A stretch of DNA of 64,000 nt from a virus, in IMG/VR virus record IMGVR_UViG_3300035682_000004. One strand, given 5' to 3'. Position 1 is the stretch's first letter. Each line of letters opens with the position of its first letter. The position numbers were made by a program, and so were the translations under genes. Shown piece by piece: positions 22,944 to 33,507 of the stretch. The notes under the pieces were generated by a model. The model worked only from the letters and a program-made list of their open reading frames with translations, was not told where the DNA came from and searched no databases.

Positions 22944-25900
22944 ATGGCATTAACTTTATCTAGCGCAAGTATATCTACTGGACAAACAGTACAAGCATCC
23001 CAAATAACTCAATCTATTGATGCTTTAACAGGTACAGTAGCTTATGATATAACAATAAGCGGTTCATTAACTGTTACAGGATCATTAGGTGTAAATGGTA
23101 CATTAAATGCGACAGCTTCTAACGCAGTTTCATCTTCTTATGCTTTAACAGCATCATTTGCTTTAAATGGCGGTGGAGGAAGTGGTACATCAGGTATTTC
23201 AGGTTTAAGTGGTCTTTCAGGTACAAGCGGTCTTTCAGGTTTAAGTGGCACTGGTACTTCAGGTTTATCTGGTACAAGCGGTCTTTCAGGTTTAAGTGGA
23301 GCTGGTACTTCAGGTTTATCAGGAACTTCAGGCTTAAGTGGCCTTTCAGGAGCTACAGGTACAGGTACAAGTGGTTTAAGTGGAACTTCAGGTTTATCAG
23401 GTACAAGTGGTACAAATGGTAACTCAGGTTTATCTGGTATATCAGGTTTAAGTGGTCAATCAGGTCAATCAGGTATAAGTGGTCAAAGTGGTATTGATGG
23501 AAATGGCCAATCAGGTATTTCAGGAACAAGTGGTTTATCTGGTTTATCTGGAGCTACAGGTTCTGGTACAAGTGGTTTATCAGGCACAAGTGGTCTTTCA
23601 GGATTAAATGGTCAAAGTGGTACAAACGGAGACTCAGGTCTCTCAGGTACAAGCGGTCTTTCAGGATTAAATGGTCAAAGTGGTACAAACGGAGACTCAG
23701 GTCTCTCAGGTACAAGCGGTCTTTCAGGATTAAGTGGCCAAAGTGGTACTAATGGAAGTGGTACATCAGGTATAAGTGGAACTTCAGGTTTATCAGGTCA
23801 AAGTGGTCAAAATGGTACTAATGGAGATTCAGGCTTATCTGGTATCTCAGGTTTATCAGGCTTAAGTGGTACATCAGGTATAAATGGTAACTCAGGTCTA
23901 TCAGGAACATCAGGTATTTCAGGAACATCAGGTATAAGTGGTATTAATGGTGATGGCCAATCAGGAGCATCAGGATTAAGTGGCACATCAGGCTTGTCAG
24001 GTACATCAGGACTTTCAGGCTTAAGTGGTACATCAGGTACTAATGGTAATTCAGGATTAAGTGGAACTTCAGGTTTAAGTGGTTTATCAGGTATATCAGG
24101 TTTAAACGGTACTAATGGAGACTCAGGTCTTTCAGGTACAAGTGGTCTTTCAGGCTTATCAGGAGCTACAGGTTCTGGTACAAGCGGTTTATCAGGTACA
24201 AGTGGCTTATCAGGTACAAGTGGTACTAATGGAAACTCAGGCTTAAGTGGTACATCAGGTTTATCCGGATTATCAGGTCAAAGTGGTACAAATGGTAATA
24301 ACGGAGACTCAGGTCTTTCAGGTACAAGTGGTCTTTCAGGATTAAGTGGAACTTCAGGTTTATCAGGTACATTAGGTATTTCAGGAATTTCAGGTACAAG
24401 TGGTACTAATGGAAACTCAGGTCTTTCAGGTACAATTGGTCAATCAGGATTAAGTGGTACATCTGGTATTTCAGGTACATCAGGTATAAGTGGTATTAAT
24501 GGTGATGGTCAATCAGGTATTTCAGGAACATCAGGTTTATCCGGTTTATCAGGTACATCAGGTTTATCAGGTCTAAGTGGTACTTTAGGTTTATCAGGTA
24601 TTTCAGGTACAAGTGGTCAAAATGGCACAAACGGAGATTCAGGTATTTCAGGTACAAGCGGTTTATCTGGTCTTTCAGGAACTTCAGGTTTATCAGGAAC
24701 ATCAGGTTTAAGCGGTACATTAGGTCTTTCAGGTATAAGTGGTCAAAATGGTACAAACGGAGACTCAGGTATATCAGGAACAAGTGGCTTATCAGGTACA
24801 TCAGGTTTATCAGGTTTAAGTGGTATATCAGGTACATCAGGTACAAATGGAGACTCAGGACTTTCAGGTACATCAGGTCTTTCTGGTTTAAGTGGTACTT
24901 TAGGTTTATCAGGTATTTCAGGAACATCAGGTATAAGTGGTATTAATGGTGATGGCCAATCAGGTCTTTCAGGAACTTCAGGTTTATCCGGTTTATCAGG
25001 TACATCAGGTATTTCAGGCTTAAGTGGTACAAGTGGTATTTCAGGTCAATCAGGTATTTCAGGTCAAAATGGTACTAATGGAGATTCAGGTATCTCAGGT
25101 ATAAATGGTCTCTCAGGTATTTCAGGTCAAAATGGTACTAATGGAGACTCAGGTATTTCAGGCTTAAGTGGTACAAGTGGTATTTTAGGACTTTCAGGTT
25201 TAAGTGGTACTTCAGGTTTGAGTGGTACTAATGGAGACTCAGGTTTATCAGGTCAATCAGGTTTATCAGGAACAAGTGGTCTTTCAGGTCAATCAGGTAT
25301 ATCAGGTGAATCAGGCTTATCAGGAACAAGTGGTCTTTCAGGCCAATCAGGTATATCAGGTATTTCAGGTGAATCAGGCTTATCAGGAACAAGTGGTCTT
25401 TCAGGCCAATCAGGTATATCAGGACAATCAGGTCTTTCAGGTGAGTCTGGTCTATCAGGTTTAAGCGGTACTTCAGGCTTATCAGGAACAAGTGGTCTTT
25501 CAGGCCAATCAGGCTTAAGTGGTACTTCAGGCTTATCAGGCCAATCAGGTATTTCAGGTGAGTCTGGTCTATCAGGCTTATCAGGAACAAGTGGTTTAAG
25601 TGGTACCTCAGGCTTAAGTGGCACTTCAGGCTTATCAGGTACATCAGGACTTTCAGGTTTAAGCGGCACTTCAGGCTTATCAGGAACAAGTGGTTTAAGT
25701 GGTACCTCAGGCTTATCAGGTCTCTCAGGTACATCAGGTTTATCAGGAATATCAGGTCTTTCAGGTACATCAGGTTTAAGTGGTACTTCAGGTATATCAG
25801 GAGCAACAGGTCCTGTAGCAGGTTCAGCTAATCAAGTAGTTTGGAAAAACGCTTCTAATATAGCTACTGGCTCAGTAGGATTAACATTTGATGGTACTGT

Positions 25901-26879
25901 TTTAAATGTTACCGGTCGAATAACAAGTAGTGGAGATATATTAGTTAATGGTATAACAGTAGGTAATGGAGCTAATTCTACAGATTCTAATACTGCTGTA
26001 GGTCAAGCTGCTTTAGGTGCTAATTCAACAGGAACAGCTAATACCGCTATAGGAGGAAATGCATTATATCTTTCAAGTGGAGGAAGTGCTAATACAGCAG
26101 TAGGATTTGCTGCAGGGCAAGATATAGAAGGTGAGGGTAATACAGCTCTAGGTAGAGCAACTTTATCCGCAACTAATTTAGCAGGAAGTTACAATATAGG
26201 AATAGGATATTATGCCGGATTAGCAGTCACCGCAGGAAGTGGTAACATATTAATAGGCTCAGGTTCAGGTAAACTTATAACTAATGGTAGTGATAATGTT
26301 ATTATAGGTGGACATCCAGGTTCTGCTTCTTTAACTAAAGTTGTAGCTTTAACTGATGCTTCAGGTAGTGTTATTTTATGGGGTACAGGAAGTAAAGTAA
26401 CTATAGGAGCAGCAGCTACACCAAATGCTACCTTAGATGTTAGAGGTGATACTATAATCACAGGTTCATTAACTGTAACAGGACCTATAAGAAATATTGT
26501 GAATGATGGATTTGTAAGTTGTAGTCTATCAGTAACAGGAACAGCACAAGGACGAACCATATTAGCCGAATTTGAGGAAGTAGATGGTACACCTTTAAGT
26601 AATCCTCGCCAGCTAATACATTGGTGGACATCAACTACTCAATATGGAGCTGCTTCTATACCAGCAATATCATCACCTACATATTCAATAATCTCAGGAA
26701 GTCAAGTTGTAGCTAATACAACAGGCTCAATAAATCACGCTGTAACAAATACATCAGGTGCATTTGCTGTACGAATATCAACCCCAGCTGATTTAGGAAC
26801 AACAACAGTATGGTTTAATACAGAAGTACAAGGTATAATATACTCAATAAGTACTACGTTAGCTACATCAGTATCGTAA
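22944..26879 (+). CDS. (Ser-Gly-X)n collagen-like fibre protein 3 (1311 aa)
   Basis: About 880 aa of Gly-periodic repeat, then a [11 protein letters not shown] module, NTAVG-type repeats and a globular C-terminus. Confidence 0.8.
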   Translation: MALTLSSASISTGQTVQASQITQSIDALTGTVAYDITISGSLTVTGSLGVNGTLNATASNAVSSSYALTASFALNGGGGSGTSGISGLSGLSGTSGLSGLSGTGTSGLSGTSGLSGLSGAGTSGLSGTSGLSGLSGATGTGTSGLSGTSGLSGTSGTNGNSGLSGISGLSGQSGQSGISGQSGIDGNGQSGISGTSGLSGLSGATGSGTSGLSGTSGLSGLNGQSGTNGDSGLSGTSGLSGLNGQSGTNGDSGLSGTSGLSGLSGQSGTNGSGTSGISGTSGLSGQSGQNGTNGDSGLSGISGLSGLSGTSGINGNSGLSGTSGISGTSGISGINGDGQSGASGLSGTSGLSGTSGLSGLSGTSGTNGNSGLSGTSGLSGLSGISGLNGTNGDSGLSGTSGLSGLSGATGSGTSGLSGTSGLSGTSGTNGNSGLSGTSGLSGLSGQSGTNGNNGDSGLSGTSGLSGLSGTSGLSGTLGISGISGTSGTNGNSGLSGTIGQSGLSGTSGISGTSGISGINGDGQSGISGTSGLSGLSGTSGLSGLSGTLGLSGISGTSGQNGTNGDSGISGTSGLSGLSGTSGLSGTSGLSGTLGLSGISGQNGTNGDSGISGTSGLSGTSGLSGLSGISGTSGTNGDSGLSGTSGLSGLSGTLGLSGISGTSGISGINGDGQSGLSGTSGLSGLSGTSGISGLSGTSGISGQSGISGQNGTNGDSGISGINGLSGISGQNGTNGDSGISGLSGTSGILGLSGLSGTSGLSGTNGDSGLSGQSGLSGTSGLSGQSGISGESGLSGTSGLSGQSGISGISGESGLSGTSGLSGQSGISGQSGLSGESGLSGLSGTSGLSGTSGLSGQSGLSGTSGLSGQSGISGESGLSGLSGTSGLSGTSGLSGTSGLSGTSGLSGLSGTSGLSGTSGLSGTSGLSGLSGTSGLSGISGLSGTSGLSGTSGISGATGPVAGSANQVVWKNASNIATGSVGLTFDGTVLNVTGRITSSGDILVNGITVGNGANSTDSNTAVGQAALGANSTGTANTAIGGNALYLSSGGSANTAVGFAAGQDIEGEGNTALGRATLSATNLAGSYNIGIGYYAGLAVTAGSGNILIGSGSGKLITNGSDNVIIGGHPGSASLTKVVALTDASGSVILWGTGSKVTIGAAATPNATLDVRGDTIITGSLTVTGPIRNIVNDGFVSCSLSVTGTAQGRTILAEFEEVDGTPLSNPRQLIHWWTSTTQYGAASIPAISSPTYSIISGSQVVANTTGSINHAVTNTSGAFAVRISTPADLGTTTVWFNTEVQGIIYSISTTLATSVS
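23592..23733 (+). repeat. 63-bp tandem duplication inside fibre gene 3
   Basis: GGTCTTTCAGGATTAA... starts at 23592, 23655 and 23718 (last copy partial). Confidence 0.8.
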
Positions 26880-26899
26880 TTAACAATAATATAAAAGTC

Positions 26900-27151
26900 A
26901 TGAAAGTAGAAAAATTAACAGAACAAGAAATTTCATCAGTAAAAGAAATTCAAAAATTAAGAGCTGAATTAATTGATAAATATGGATTAATTGAAATGTC
27001 AATCCAAGATTTAAAATTACAAAAGCAAGAAGTAACTGAAGAACTTAAAGAAATTAAAATAACAGAATTAAAATTAAGTCAAGAACTTCAATCAAAATAC
27101 GGTGTAGGAACCATTAATATAGATAGTGGAGAATTCATCGGAAACGAATGA
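26900..27151 (+). CDS. Small coiled-coil hypothetical protein
   Basis: Heptad pattern with C-terminal YGVGTINIDSGEF; lies directly before the sheath gene. Confidence 0.65.
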   Translation: MKVEKLTEQEISSVKEIQKLRAELIDKYGLIEMSIQDLKLQKQEVTEELKEIKITELKLSQELQSKYGVGTINIDSGEFIGNE

Positions 27152-27205
27152 TTTTAAGATTCCTTAATATATTTATAATAAACATTAAACTTATTAACAA
27201 ATAAC

Positions 27206-29269
27206 ATGGCAGAAACATTAATTTCCCCTGGTGTATTAGCAAGAGAAAACGATTCATCGTTTATCAGACAACAACCAGTTAACGTAGGTGCAGCAATTAT
27301 CGGTCCTACAGTTTTAGGTCCCGTTGAAATTCCAACTGTTGTTACCTCATACAGCGATTACGTAAATAAATTTGGCGCAGGATTCCAAAGTGGTAGTGAT
27401 AATGTATCATTCTTCACTTCAATTGCTGCTTATAATTATTTTAATAATGGTGGTACATCATTATTAGTAGCTAGAGTTGTAAGTGCAAGTAATACTTGGA
27501 CACCAGCAACTAGTACAAATATTGAAAATAATACATTTGCAACTACAGCTTCATTCACATTTGATAGTGCTAGTATTGCTAATTTTATTCAACCAACTGG
27601 TTCATTTAATGTAAATGGTGTTATTATAGCAGTAACTGGTAGCCCAGCACCTGCAAACACAACAAATACAATTTTTGTAGCTTCAGGTTCAACACCAGCA
27701 AATACTATCACAGCAATTGTAGCAGCATTTAATGTTAGTAAATCTATTGCTCCATATAGTGCTTCATTACAGTATATAACTTCAAGTGTATCAGCATCAA
27801 CAGGTATATTCTTTAATACAGTTAGTCCAGTTGGACCAGCTGGAGATTTATACTATGTAACTTCAGGAAGTACTACATCATACTTTACAGGTGGTTCAGG
27901 TGCTACAGCATTTGTTTTAACTACATTATCTGAAGGTATTATTATGAACAGTTCTTCATCAATAGATATAAGTGGTTCATTAGCTTCAGGTTCAGCAGAT
28001 AATATTAGATATCAAATTTTAAATTCTGATACAGCTTCTGGAACATTTAGTTTATTAATTCGTCAAGGTAATGATAATACAAATAATCCAATTGTATTAG
28101 AAACTTGGACTGGATTATCATTAGATCCATTTGCTGCTAATTTTATTTCAAGAGTACTTGGAGATCAAGATCAAAATTATAACCCAACAACAAATCAAAT
28201 TGAAGTATCTGGTTCTTACTTTAACGCTTCACGTTATGTAAGAGTTTCAGCAGTTAATACTCCAACTCCATATTATTTTGATAATACAGGGGTAGCTAAA
28301 TCACAATACACATCATCAATTCCATTTAACTCAAGTGGTTCATTTACAGGTGGTGTAGGACAAGTAGCAGCAGGAGCTAATTTTTACGAAACTATTAATG
28401 GTACAAATACACAAGGTTTAGTAGGTGCAGATTATAATAATATGATCAACTTATTAGCTAACCAAGATGAATACAAATTTAACATCTTATTTGCTCCAGG
28501 ATTATATAACTCAGGATATACATCACAATGTACATCAATGATTAATAATACTCAAACAAGAGGAGATAGTTTATTTGTATTAGACTTAGTACCTTATAAC
28601 ACTACTATTTCAACAGTAACATCTCAAGCTAATTCAAGAAATACTTCATACGCGGCTTCATACTGGCCTTGGGTTCAAATGATTGATCCTGCTACAGGAA
28701 AGAATGTTTGGGTTCCAGCATCAACAGTAATGGCAGGTGTGTTTGCATTTAATGATACAGTAGCTGAGCCTTGGTTTGCACCAGCAGGTATTAACAGAGG
28801 TGGATTACAAGTAATTAGAGCAGAACAAAAATTACCACAAACAAGTAGAGATACTTTATATACAAACAAAGTAAATCCTATTGCTACATTCCCTGGAACA
28901 GGTACAGTAGTATATGGTCAGAAAACATTACAAACTCAAGCATCAGCTTTAGATAGAGTAAATGTTAGAAGATTGTTAATTGCTCTTAAGAACTATATTT
29001 CACAAATTGCTAATACATTAGTATTTGAACAAAATTCAACAGCAACAAGAAACGTATTCTTATCACAAGTAAATCCATACTTAGAATCAGTTCAACAAAA
29101 ACAAGGTTTATACGCGTTTAGAGTAATTATGAATGAAACAAATAATACAGCAGACGTAATTGATAGAAATGAGTTAATCGGACAAATTTATATCCAACCT
29201 ACAAGAACAGCTGAATTTATTTACTTAGATTTCAACATCTTACCTACAGGAGCAACATTCCCAGCGTAA
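27206..29269 (+). CDS. Contractile tail sheath protein
   Basis: ISPGVLARE, YWPWV, WFAPAGINRG, VNPIATFPG, GQKTLQ and LDRVNVRRLL motifs. Confidence 0.95.
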   Translation: MAETLISPGVLARENDSSFIRQQPVNVGAAIIGPTVLGPVEIPTVVTSYSDYVNKFGAGFQSGSDNVSFFTSIAAYNYFNNGGTSLLVARVVSASNTWTPATSTNIENNTFATTASFTFDSASIANFIQPTGSFNVNGVIIAVTGSPAPANTTNTIFVASGSTPANTITAIVAAFNVSKSIAPYSASLQYITSSVSASTGIFFNTVSPVGPAGDLYYVTSGSTTSYFTGGSGATAFVLTTLSEGIIMNSSSSIDISGSLASGSADNIRYQILNSDTASGTFSLLIRQGNDNTNNPIVLETWTGLSLDPFAANFISRVLGDQDQNYNPTTNQIEVSGSYFNASRYVRVSAVNTPTPYYFDNTGVAKSQYTSSIPFNSSGSFTGGVGQVAAGANFYETINGTNTQGLVGADYNNMINLLANQDEYKFNILFAPGLYNSGYTSQCTSMINNTQTRGDSLFVLDLVPYNTTISTVTSQANSRNTSYAASYWPWVQMIDPATGKNVWVPASTVMAGVFAFNDTVAEPWFAPAGINRGGLQVIRAEQKLPQTSRDTLYTNKVNPIATFPGTGTVVYGQKTLQTQASALDRVNVRRLLIALKNYISQIANTLVFEQNSTATRNVFLSQVNPYLESVQQKQGLYAFRVIMNETNNTADVIDRNELIGQIYIQPTRTAEFIYLDFNILPTGATFPA

Positions 29270-29320
29270 GGATTAAATTAAATAATATTTATAATAAAGA
29301 ATAAATAACAAAAAATAAAC

Positions 29321-29809
29321 ATGGCAGTATTAGATCCAAACGAAATATTTTTCACAGCGTTCGAACCGAAACAACAGAACCGTTTCATTTTATACATGGA
29401 TGGTATTCCAGCGTATATTATCAAAGGAGTAAATGCGGTAACGTTAACACAAGATACAGTAGTATTAAACCACATTAACGTTCAACGCTTTGTAAAAGGT
29501 AAAAGTAAATGGGGTGAAATTCAAATGACATTATTTGACCCTATCACTCCTTCAGGAGCTCAGGCAGTAATGGAATGGGTGCGTTTACATCACGAATCAG
29601 TAACTGGTAGAGATGGTTATAGTGATTTCTATAAGAAAGACTTAACATTAGACGTATTAGGACCAGTAGGTGATATCGTTTCAGAATGGATTATTAAAGG
29701 TGCTATTATTACAAATGCAAACTTTGGAGATTACAGTTGGGATAACGAGTCAGCGGCTCAAAATATCCAATTAACTGTACAACCAGATTATTGTATCTTA
29801 AATTTCTAA
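29321..29809 (+). CDS. Tail tube protein
   Basis: Follows the sheath gene; FEPKQQNRF, DPITPSGAQAVMEW and YKKDLTLDVLGPVG motifs. Confidence 0.88.
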   Translation: MAVLDPNEIFFTAFEPKQQNRFILYMDGIPAYIIKGVNAVTLTQDTVVLNHINVQRFVKGKSKWGEIQMTLFDPITPSGAQAVMEWVRLHHESVTGRDGYSDFYKKDLTLDVLGPVGDIVSEWIIKGAIITNANFGDYSWDNESAAQNIQLTVQPDYCILNF

Positions 29810-29840
29810 ACCTCCCCCTCCCGAAATACAGGATTAAGAT

Positions 29841-29868
29841 GGCTCGCCTTTTGGTGAGCTTCTTTTTT
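29841..29868 (+). terminator. Intrinsic terminator overlapping a TTGG promoter element
   Basis: GCTCGCC-TTTT-GGTGAGC followed by TTCTTTTTT. Confidence 0.7.
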
Positions 29869-29915
29869 CTTCATATATTTATATATATAAACATAGTTAT
29901 AAACAAATCAAATTT

Positions 29916-30668
29916 ATGGAAGAAAACAAATTTAAGGTCCCAACCGAAACTATAGAACTACCGTCACAAGGACTTCTATATCCCGAATCACACCCGTTAT
30001 CAAGCGGTAAACTTGAAATGAAATATATGACAGCGAGAGAAGAAGATATTCTAACTAACTCGGCTTATATCAAACAAGGTACAGTAATTGATAAATTATT
30101 ACAATCATTAATTGTTACTAAATTTGATTATAATGATTTGTTAGTAGGTGATAAAAACTCATTAATGATTGCTGCTCGTGTATTAGCATATGGTAAAGAT
30201 TATGAATTTAATTATGATGGAACAGAACAAAAAGTTGATTTATCATTATTAAACCCAAAACCAGTATCACCAGAAGTAAAAGCAAGTAAAGGAGCTAATA
30301 TGTTTAATTATACTTTACCTGATTCAGGTAATGTAATTACATTTAAATTATTAACTCACGGTGACGAACAAAAAATTGATGCTGAAGTAAAAGGTTTAAA
30401 AAAATTAAACAAAGACGCATCAAATGAAGGTATAGTAAGACTATGTCATATGATTACAGCTGTTAATGGTGACTCAGAAACTAAATCAATTCGTGATTTT
30501 ATTAATAATTACTTATTAGCTAAAGAAGCTAGAGCATTTAGACAACATTACGCATCTATATCACCAGACATTGATTTAACTACATCAGTTACTAATTCTA
30601 GAGGTGCAGAGGAGGACATCGAAGTTCCTATTACTATTAACTTTTTTTGGCCTGACGCCCGAGTATAG
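29916..30668 (+). CDS. T4 gp26-like baseplate hub / tail assembly chaperone
   Basis: IELPSQG, MTAREEDIL, LLVGD and C-terminal NFFWP motifs; lies between tube and tape measure genes. Confidence 0.75.
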   Translation: MEENKFKVPTETIELPSQGLLYPESHPLSSGKLEMKYMTAREEDILTNSAYIKQGTVIDKLLQSLIVTKFDYNDLLVGDKNSLMIAARVLAYGKDYEFNYDGTEQKVDLSLLNPKPVSPEVKASKGANMFNYTLPDSGNVITFKLLTHGDEQKIDAEVKGLKKLNKDASNEGIVRLCHMITAVNGDSETKSIRDFINNYLLAKEARAFRQHYASISPDIDLTTSVTNSRGAEEDIEVPITINFFWPDARV

Positions 30669-30903
30669 ATTCTCTTTATTCACAGAAATACATGAAATAG
30701 TATTTCATGGTAATGGTGGATATGATTGGCATACAATATATAATATGCCTATATGGTTAAGAAAATTTACATTTAATAAACTTAAAGACCATTATTCTCC
30801 TAAAAAAGATGATGTTGTTGATGAGTCAATTAAAAATATGAAATTAGCATCTAAAATTCCAATACAAACACCAACATACAGTACAAGGGCATCTAAAAAA
30901 TAG
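30604..30903 (+). CDS. gp51-like / chaperone extension ORF, probably expressed by frameshift from the upstream gene
   Basis: Protein-like sequence (LFTEIHEIVFHGNGGYDWHTIYNMPIWLRKF) begins right after the T7 run. The only upstream start is a GTG inside the previous gene. Confidence 0.65.
   Translation: MQRRTSKFLLLLTFFGLTPEYRFSLFTEIHEIVFHGNGGYDWHTIYNMPIWLRKFTFNKLKDHYSPKKDDVVDESIKNMKLASKIPIQTPTYSTRASKK
30642..30648 (+). other. Putative programmed frameshift site (AAC TTT TTT T GG)
   Basis: Run of 7 T at the junction of two overlapping ORFs directly upstream of the tape measure gene. Confidence 0.6.
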
Positions 30904-30911
30904 ATGCCTTT
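30885..30911 (+). terminator. Hairpin / possible terminator before the tape measure gene
   Basis: GGCATCTA-AAAAA-TAGATGCC followed by TTT. Confidence 0.5.
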
Positions 30912-30937
30912 GATATTTATAACAAAATAACCTAATA

Positions 30938-33199
30938 ATGGCAGATAAGTTTAAAGGTTTAGATAAAGAAACATTAGCTTCAGCATTGGATATAAAAAAT
31001 TCAATGAAGGATATTGGAATAGCTACCCAAGATCTAAACAAAAGACTTCAACGTACAAATAGTATATTAGTTGATGTTGGTTCTGAATTTAATAAAATAT
31101 CAAAAGCAGCAAATAATGTAGCTGATTTACAAGAAAAAGCTAAAAAATCATCTACAGCAACTAAAGATGCGTTTACTGAGCAAATTAAACAATTAAATAT
31201 TGTTAAAACTCTTAATATTCAAATTGATAATTTATATAGAGCATCAAAAACTACATTAAAAGGTGAAATTAAAGCTAATTTAGAATTACAAGCAAAAAAT
31301 CTATCAGCCGCTAGAGATAACGCTCAAGCATTAGCTAATGATTTTAAATCAATAGCAGAAAGTTCAGCTGAATTATCTAATTCAACTCTTATATTTAGTA
31401 CTTTAGCAGAAGTCGCATCAAGTGCTAAAGGATTAAAAACATTTGCCGCTCCTTTTGAAGCAGCAGCTGAAGCATCACGAAAACAAGTACTAGAAAATGC
31501 TAAAAGCTTAAGTATTAAAGAAAGATTAAAAGAATTAACAGAAGAAGAATTAGCAACTGGTAAAGGTTTAACTAAACAAAGAATACAAGATCTAGGTTTA
31601 CAAGATATAGTAGGTAAGAGAGCAGGACCTGCAGCCGCTAACTTACTTAAGACAGCGCAAGCAACAGCTAAAACTCAGTCAGTTGGTATAGCTGGTCTAT
31701 CAGCTGGTTTTAAAGCCTTAGGTCCAATAATATCAAAAGTATTAGGTCCTGTAGGTGCAATTTTAAAACTTGTAGAAATTTTTAATTTCTTTAAAGATGC
31801 TATGTTTGAAGCTGATAAACGTGTAACAGGTATAGCTAAAAATTTAAGTGTAAGTAAAGATGTATCTCGAGCTATATATAGAAGTTTTATAGACTCAAAG
31901 TCAGTATTAACTACCCAATTATCTACTACTAAAAATATAGTTGAAGCTTTTAATGAATTATCAGACTTATCTAATTTTGTTACTTTAGCAAATACTAAAC
32001 AATTAGATACTCAAATAATATTAACTAAAGAAATAGGTGTATCTAAAGAAGCGGCTTTAGGATTTCAATCAACTTTAGCTGTTAGTAATATAGAAGCTGA
32101 TAAAGGTTTAAGTATTGTTTTTGATCAAATAGCAGCATTTGCTAATCAAAATAAAATTGTAGCTGATGGTAGAAAAACATTTGAAGAAATAAATAAAACT
32201 AGTAAATTAACTCAACTTAACTTTAGAGGTGGTTTTGAATCATTAGTAAAAACTACTTTACAAGCTAATAAATTAGGTTTAACTTTAGATCAAGTAAGTA
32301 AAGTAGGAAGTTCATTATTAAATTTTGAATCATCTATATCTGCAGAACTTGAAGCTGAATTATTAACAGGTAAAAATATTAATTTAGAAAAAGCAAGATT
32401 ATTTGCTTTAAATCATGATATTGCTGGATTAACACAAGAAATAGCGAACCAAGGTATAACTGCTGAAAAGTTTACAGCTATGAATGTTATCCAACAGGAA
32501 GCTATAGCTAAAGCTTTAGGTATGCAAGCTAGTGAATTAGGTGAATCTTTATATAATCAAAAATTAATTGAACAAACATCTCAAAATTTTACTAAAGAAT
32601 TAAGAGCTCGAGCGGCGGAAGAAGGTAAACTTGGTCATTTGCAAGAAGAAAGATTATTAATGCAAAGAGCTGAAGGTATTGAAAAAGGTTTAATACAAGG
32701 TAAAGATTTAGAAGCAGCTAAACGCTCATTAGATGTCCAAACTCAATTTGATACTGCTTTAGAACAAGCAAAAGAAATATTTAGTGATTTTGTTGATGGT
32801 GAAGCATTAAGTAATTTTGCTAAAGTTTTAACTTCATTTGTAAAATCAGTTCAAACAAAAGGTTTATTCCTTACATTAACTACAGGTATTAGTGATTCTG
32901 CGCAACTTGAAGCACAAGCTATGTTTTCTAATGAAGGTGAAAATAAACCTTATGGAGATTCATCACAACCTCCTATAATACAAACACCTACAATAGTTAC
33001 TACTCAACCATTAATAGCACCAAATACAACAACAAAAACTACAACAATTAATACTGTTAGTGATCCATTAGAAGCAAAAGCAGCGGAAACTAATAAATTA
33101 TTAACTGAATTAATATCACAAGTAAAACAAGGTGGAAATGTGTACATTGATAGTAAAATGGCTGGAACAGCTACAGCTCAAGGTACATACAGATTATAA
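30938..33199 (+). CDS. Tape measure protein
   Basis: Ala/Leu/Lys-rich and helical; LLNFESSISAELEAELLTGK motif; position after tube and chaperone genes. Confidence 0.8.
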   Translation: MADKFKGLDKETLASALDIKNSMKDIGIATQDLNKRLQRTNSILVDVGSEFNKISKAANNVADLQEKAKKSSTATKDAFTEQIKQLNIVKTLNIQIDNLYRASKTTLKGEIKANLELQAKNLSAARDNAQALANDFKSIAESSAELSNSTLIFSTLAEVASSAKGLKTFAAPFEAAAEASRKQVLENAKSLSIKERLKELTEEELATGKGLTKQRIQDLGLQDIVGKRAGPAAANLLKTAQATAKTQSVGIAGLSAGFKALGPIISKVLGPVGAILKLVEIFNFFKDAMFEADKRVTGIAKNLSVSKDVSRAIYRSFIDSKSVLTTQLSTTKNIVEAFNELSDLSNFVTLANTKQLDTQIILTKEIGVSKEAALGFQSTLAVSNIEADKGLSIVFDQIAAFANQNKIVADGRKTFEEINKTSKLTQLNFRGGFESLVKTTLQANKLGLTLDQVSKVGSSLLNFESSISAELEAELLTGKNINLEKARLFALNHDIAGLTQEIANQGITAEKFTAMNVIQQEAIAKALGMQASELGESLYNQKLIEQTSQNFTKELRARAAEEGKLGHLQEERLLMQRAEGIEKGLIQGKDLEAAKRSLDVQTQFDTALEQAKEIFSDFVDGEALSNFAKVLTSFVKSVQTKGLFLTLTTGISDSAQLEAQAMFSNEGENKPYGDSSQPPIIQTPTIVTTQPLIAPNTTTKTTTINTVSDPLEAKAAETNKLLTELISQVKQGGNVYIDSKMAGTATAQGTYRL

Positions 33200-33237
33200 T
33201 AAATTAATATTTATAATAAAATTAAAAACATAAAATT

Positions 33238-33507
33238 ATGAGCTTATTAGACAAATTAAAAACACAAGGTTCAAACCAAAGTAAATATGGAGTTAACACT
33301 CCACCAGTTAATCCATTAGCAACTAAAGAATCAAAAATGCATGCATTTGGAGAAGCACCAGGCTATTCATTAAATGGCGCTTTTAACTCAAATGTAACAA
33401 GCGATTACAATAAGTATAATGATGGTACATTAAATATATTACCTCGTCCATCAAATCTTGACATCAAAACACCAGCACAAAAATACGTAGACGTTAAACC
33501 AGCGTAA
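33238..33507 (+). CDS. Hypothetical virion protein
   Basis: Preceded by ATATTTAT at 33207; MSLLDKL start. Confidence 0.6.
   Translation: MSLLDKLKTQGSNQSKYGVNTPPVNPLATKESKMHAFGEAPGYSLNGAFNSNVTSDYNKYNDGTLNILPRPSNLDIKTPAQKYVDVKPA

Noticed and set aside
4940-25800. Repeat arrays as CRISPR arrays or DGR template/variable repeats
   Set aside because: There is no constant repeat with unique spacers, no cas or reverse transcriptase gene, and no adenine-specific mismatch pair. The repeats are in-frame coding sequence.
24496-26560. Antisense and alternate-frame ORFs within fibre gene 3
   Set aside because: Same repeat-shadow artefact.
29810-29840. C-rich intergenic stretch CCTCCCCCTCCC as a possible ncRNA or tRNA
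   Set aside because: Too short, with no cloverleaf or other supporting structure; no tRNA or rRNA was recognised anywhere in the window.
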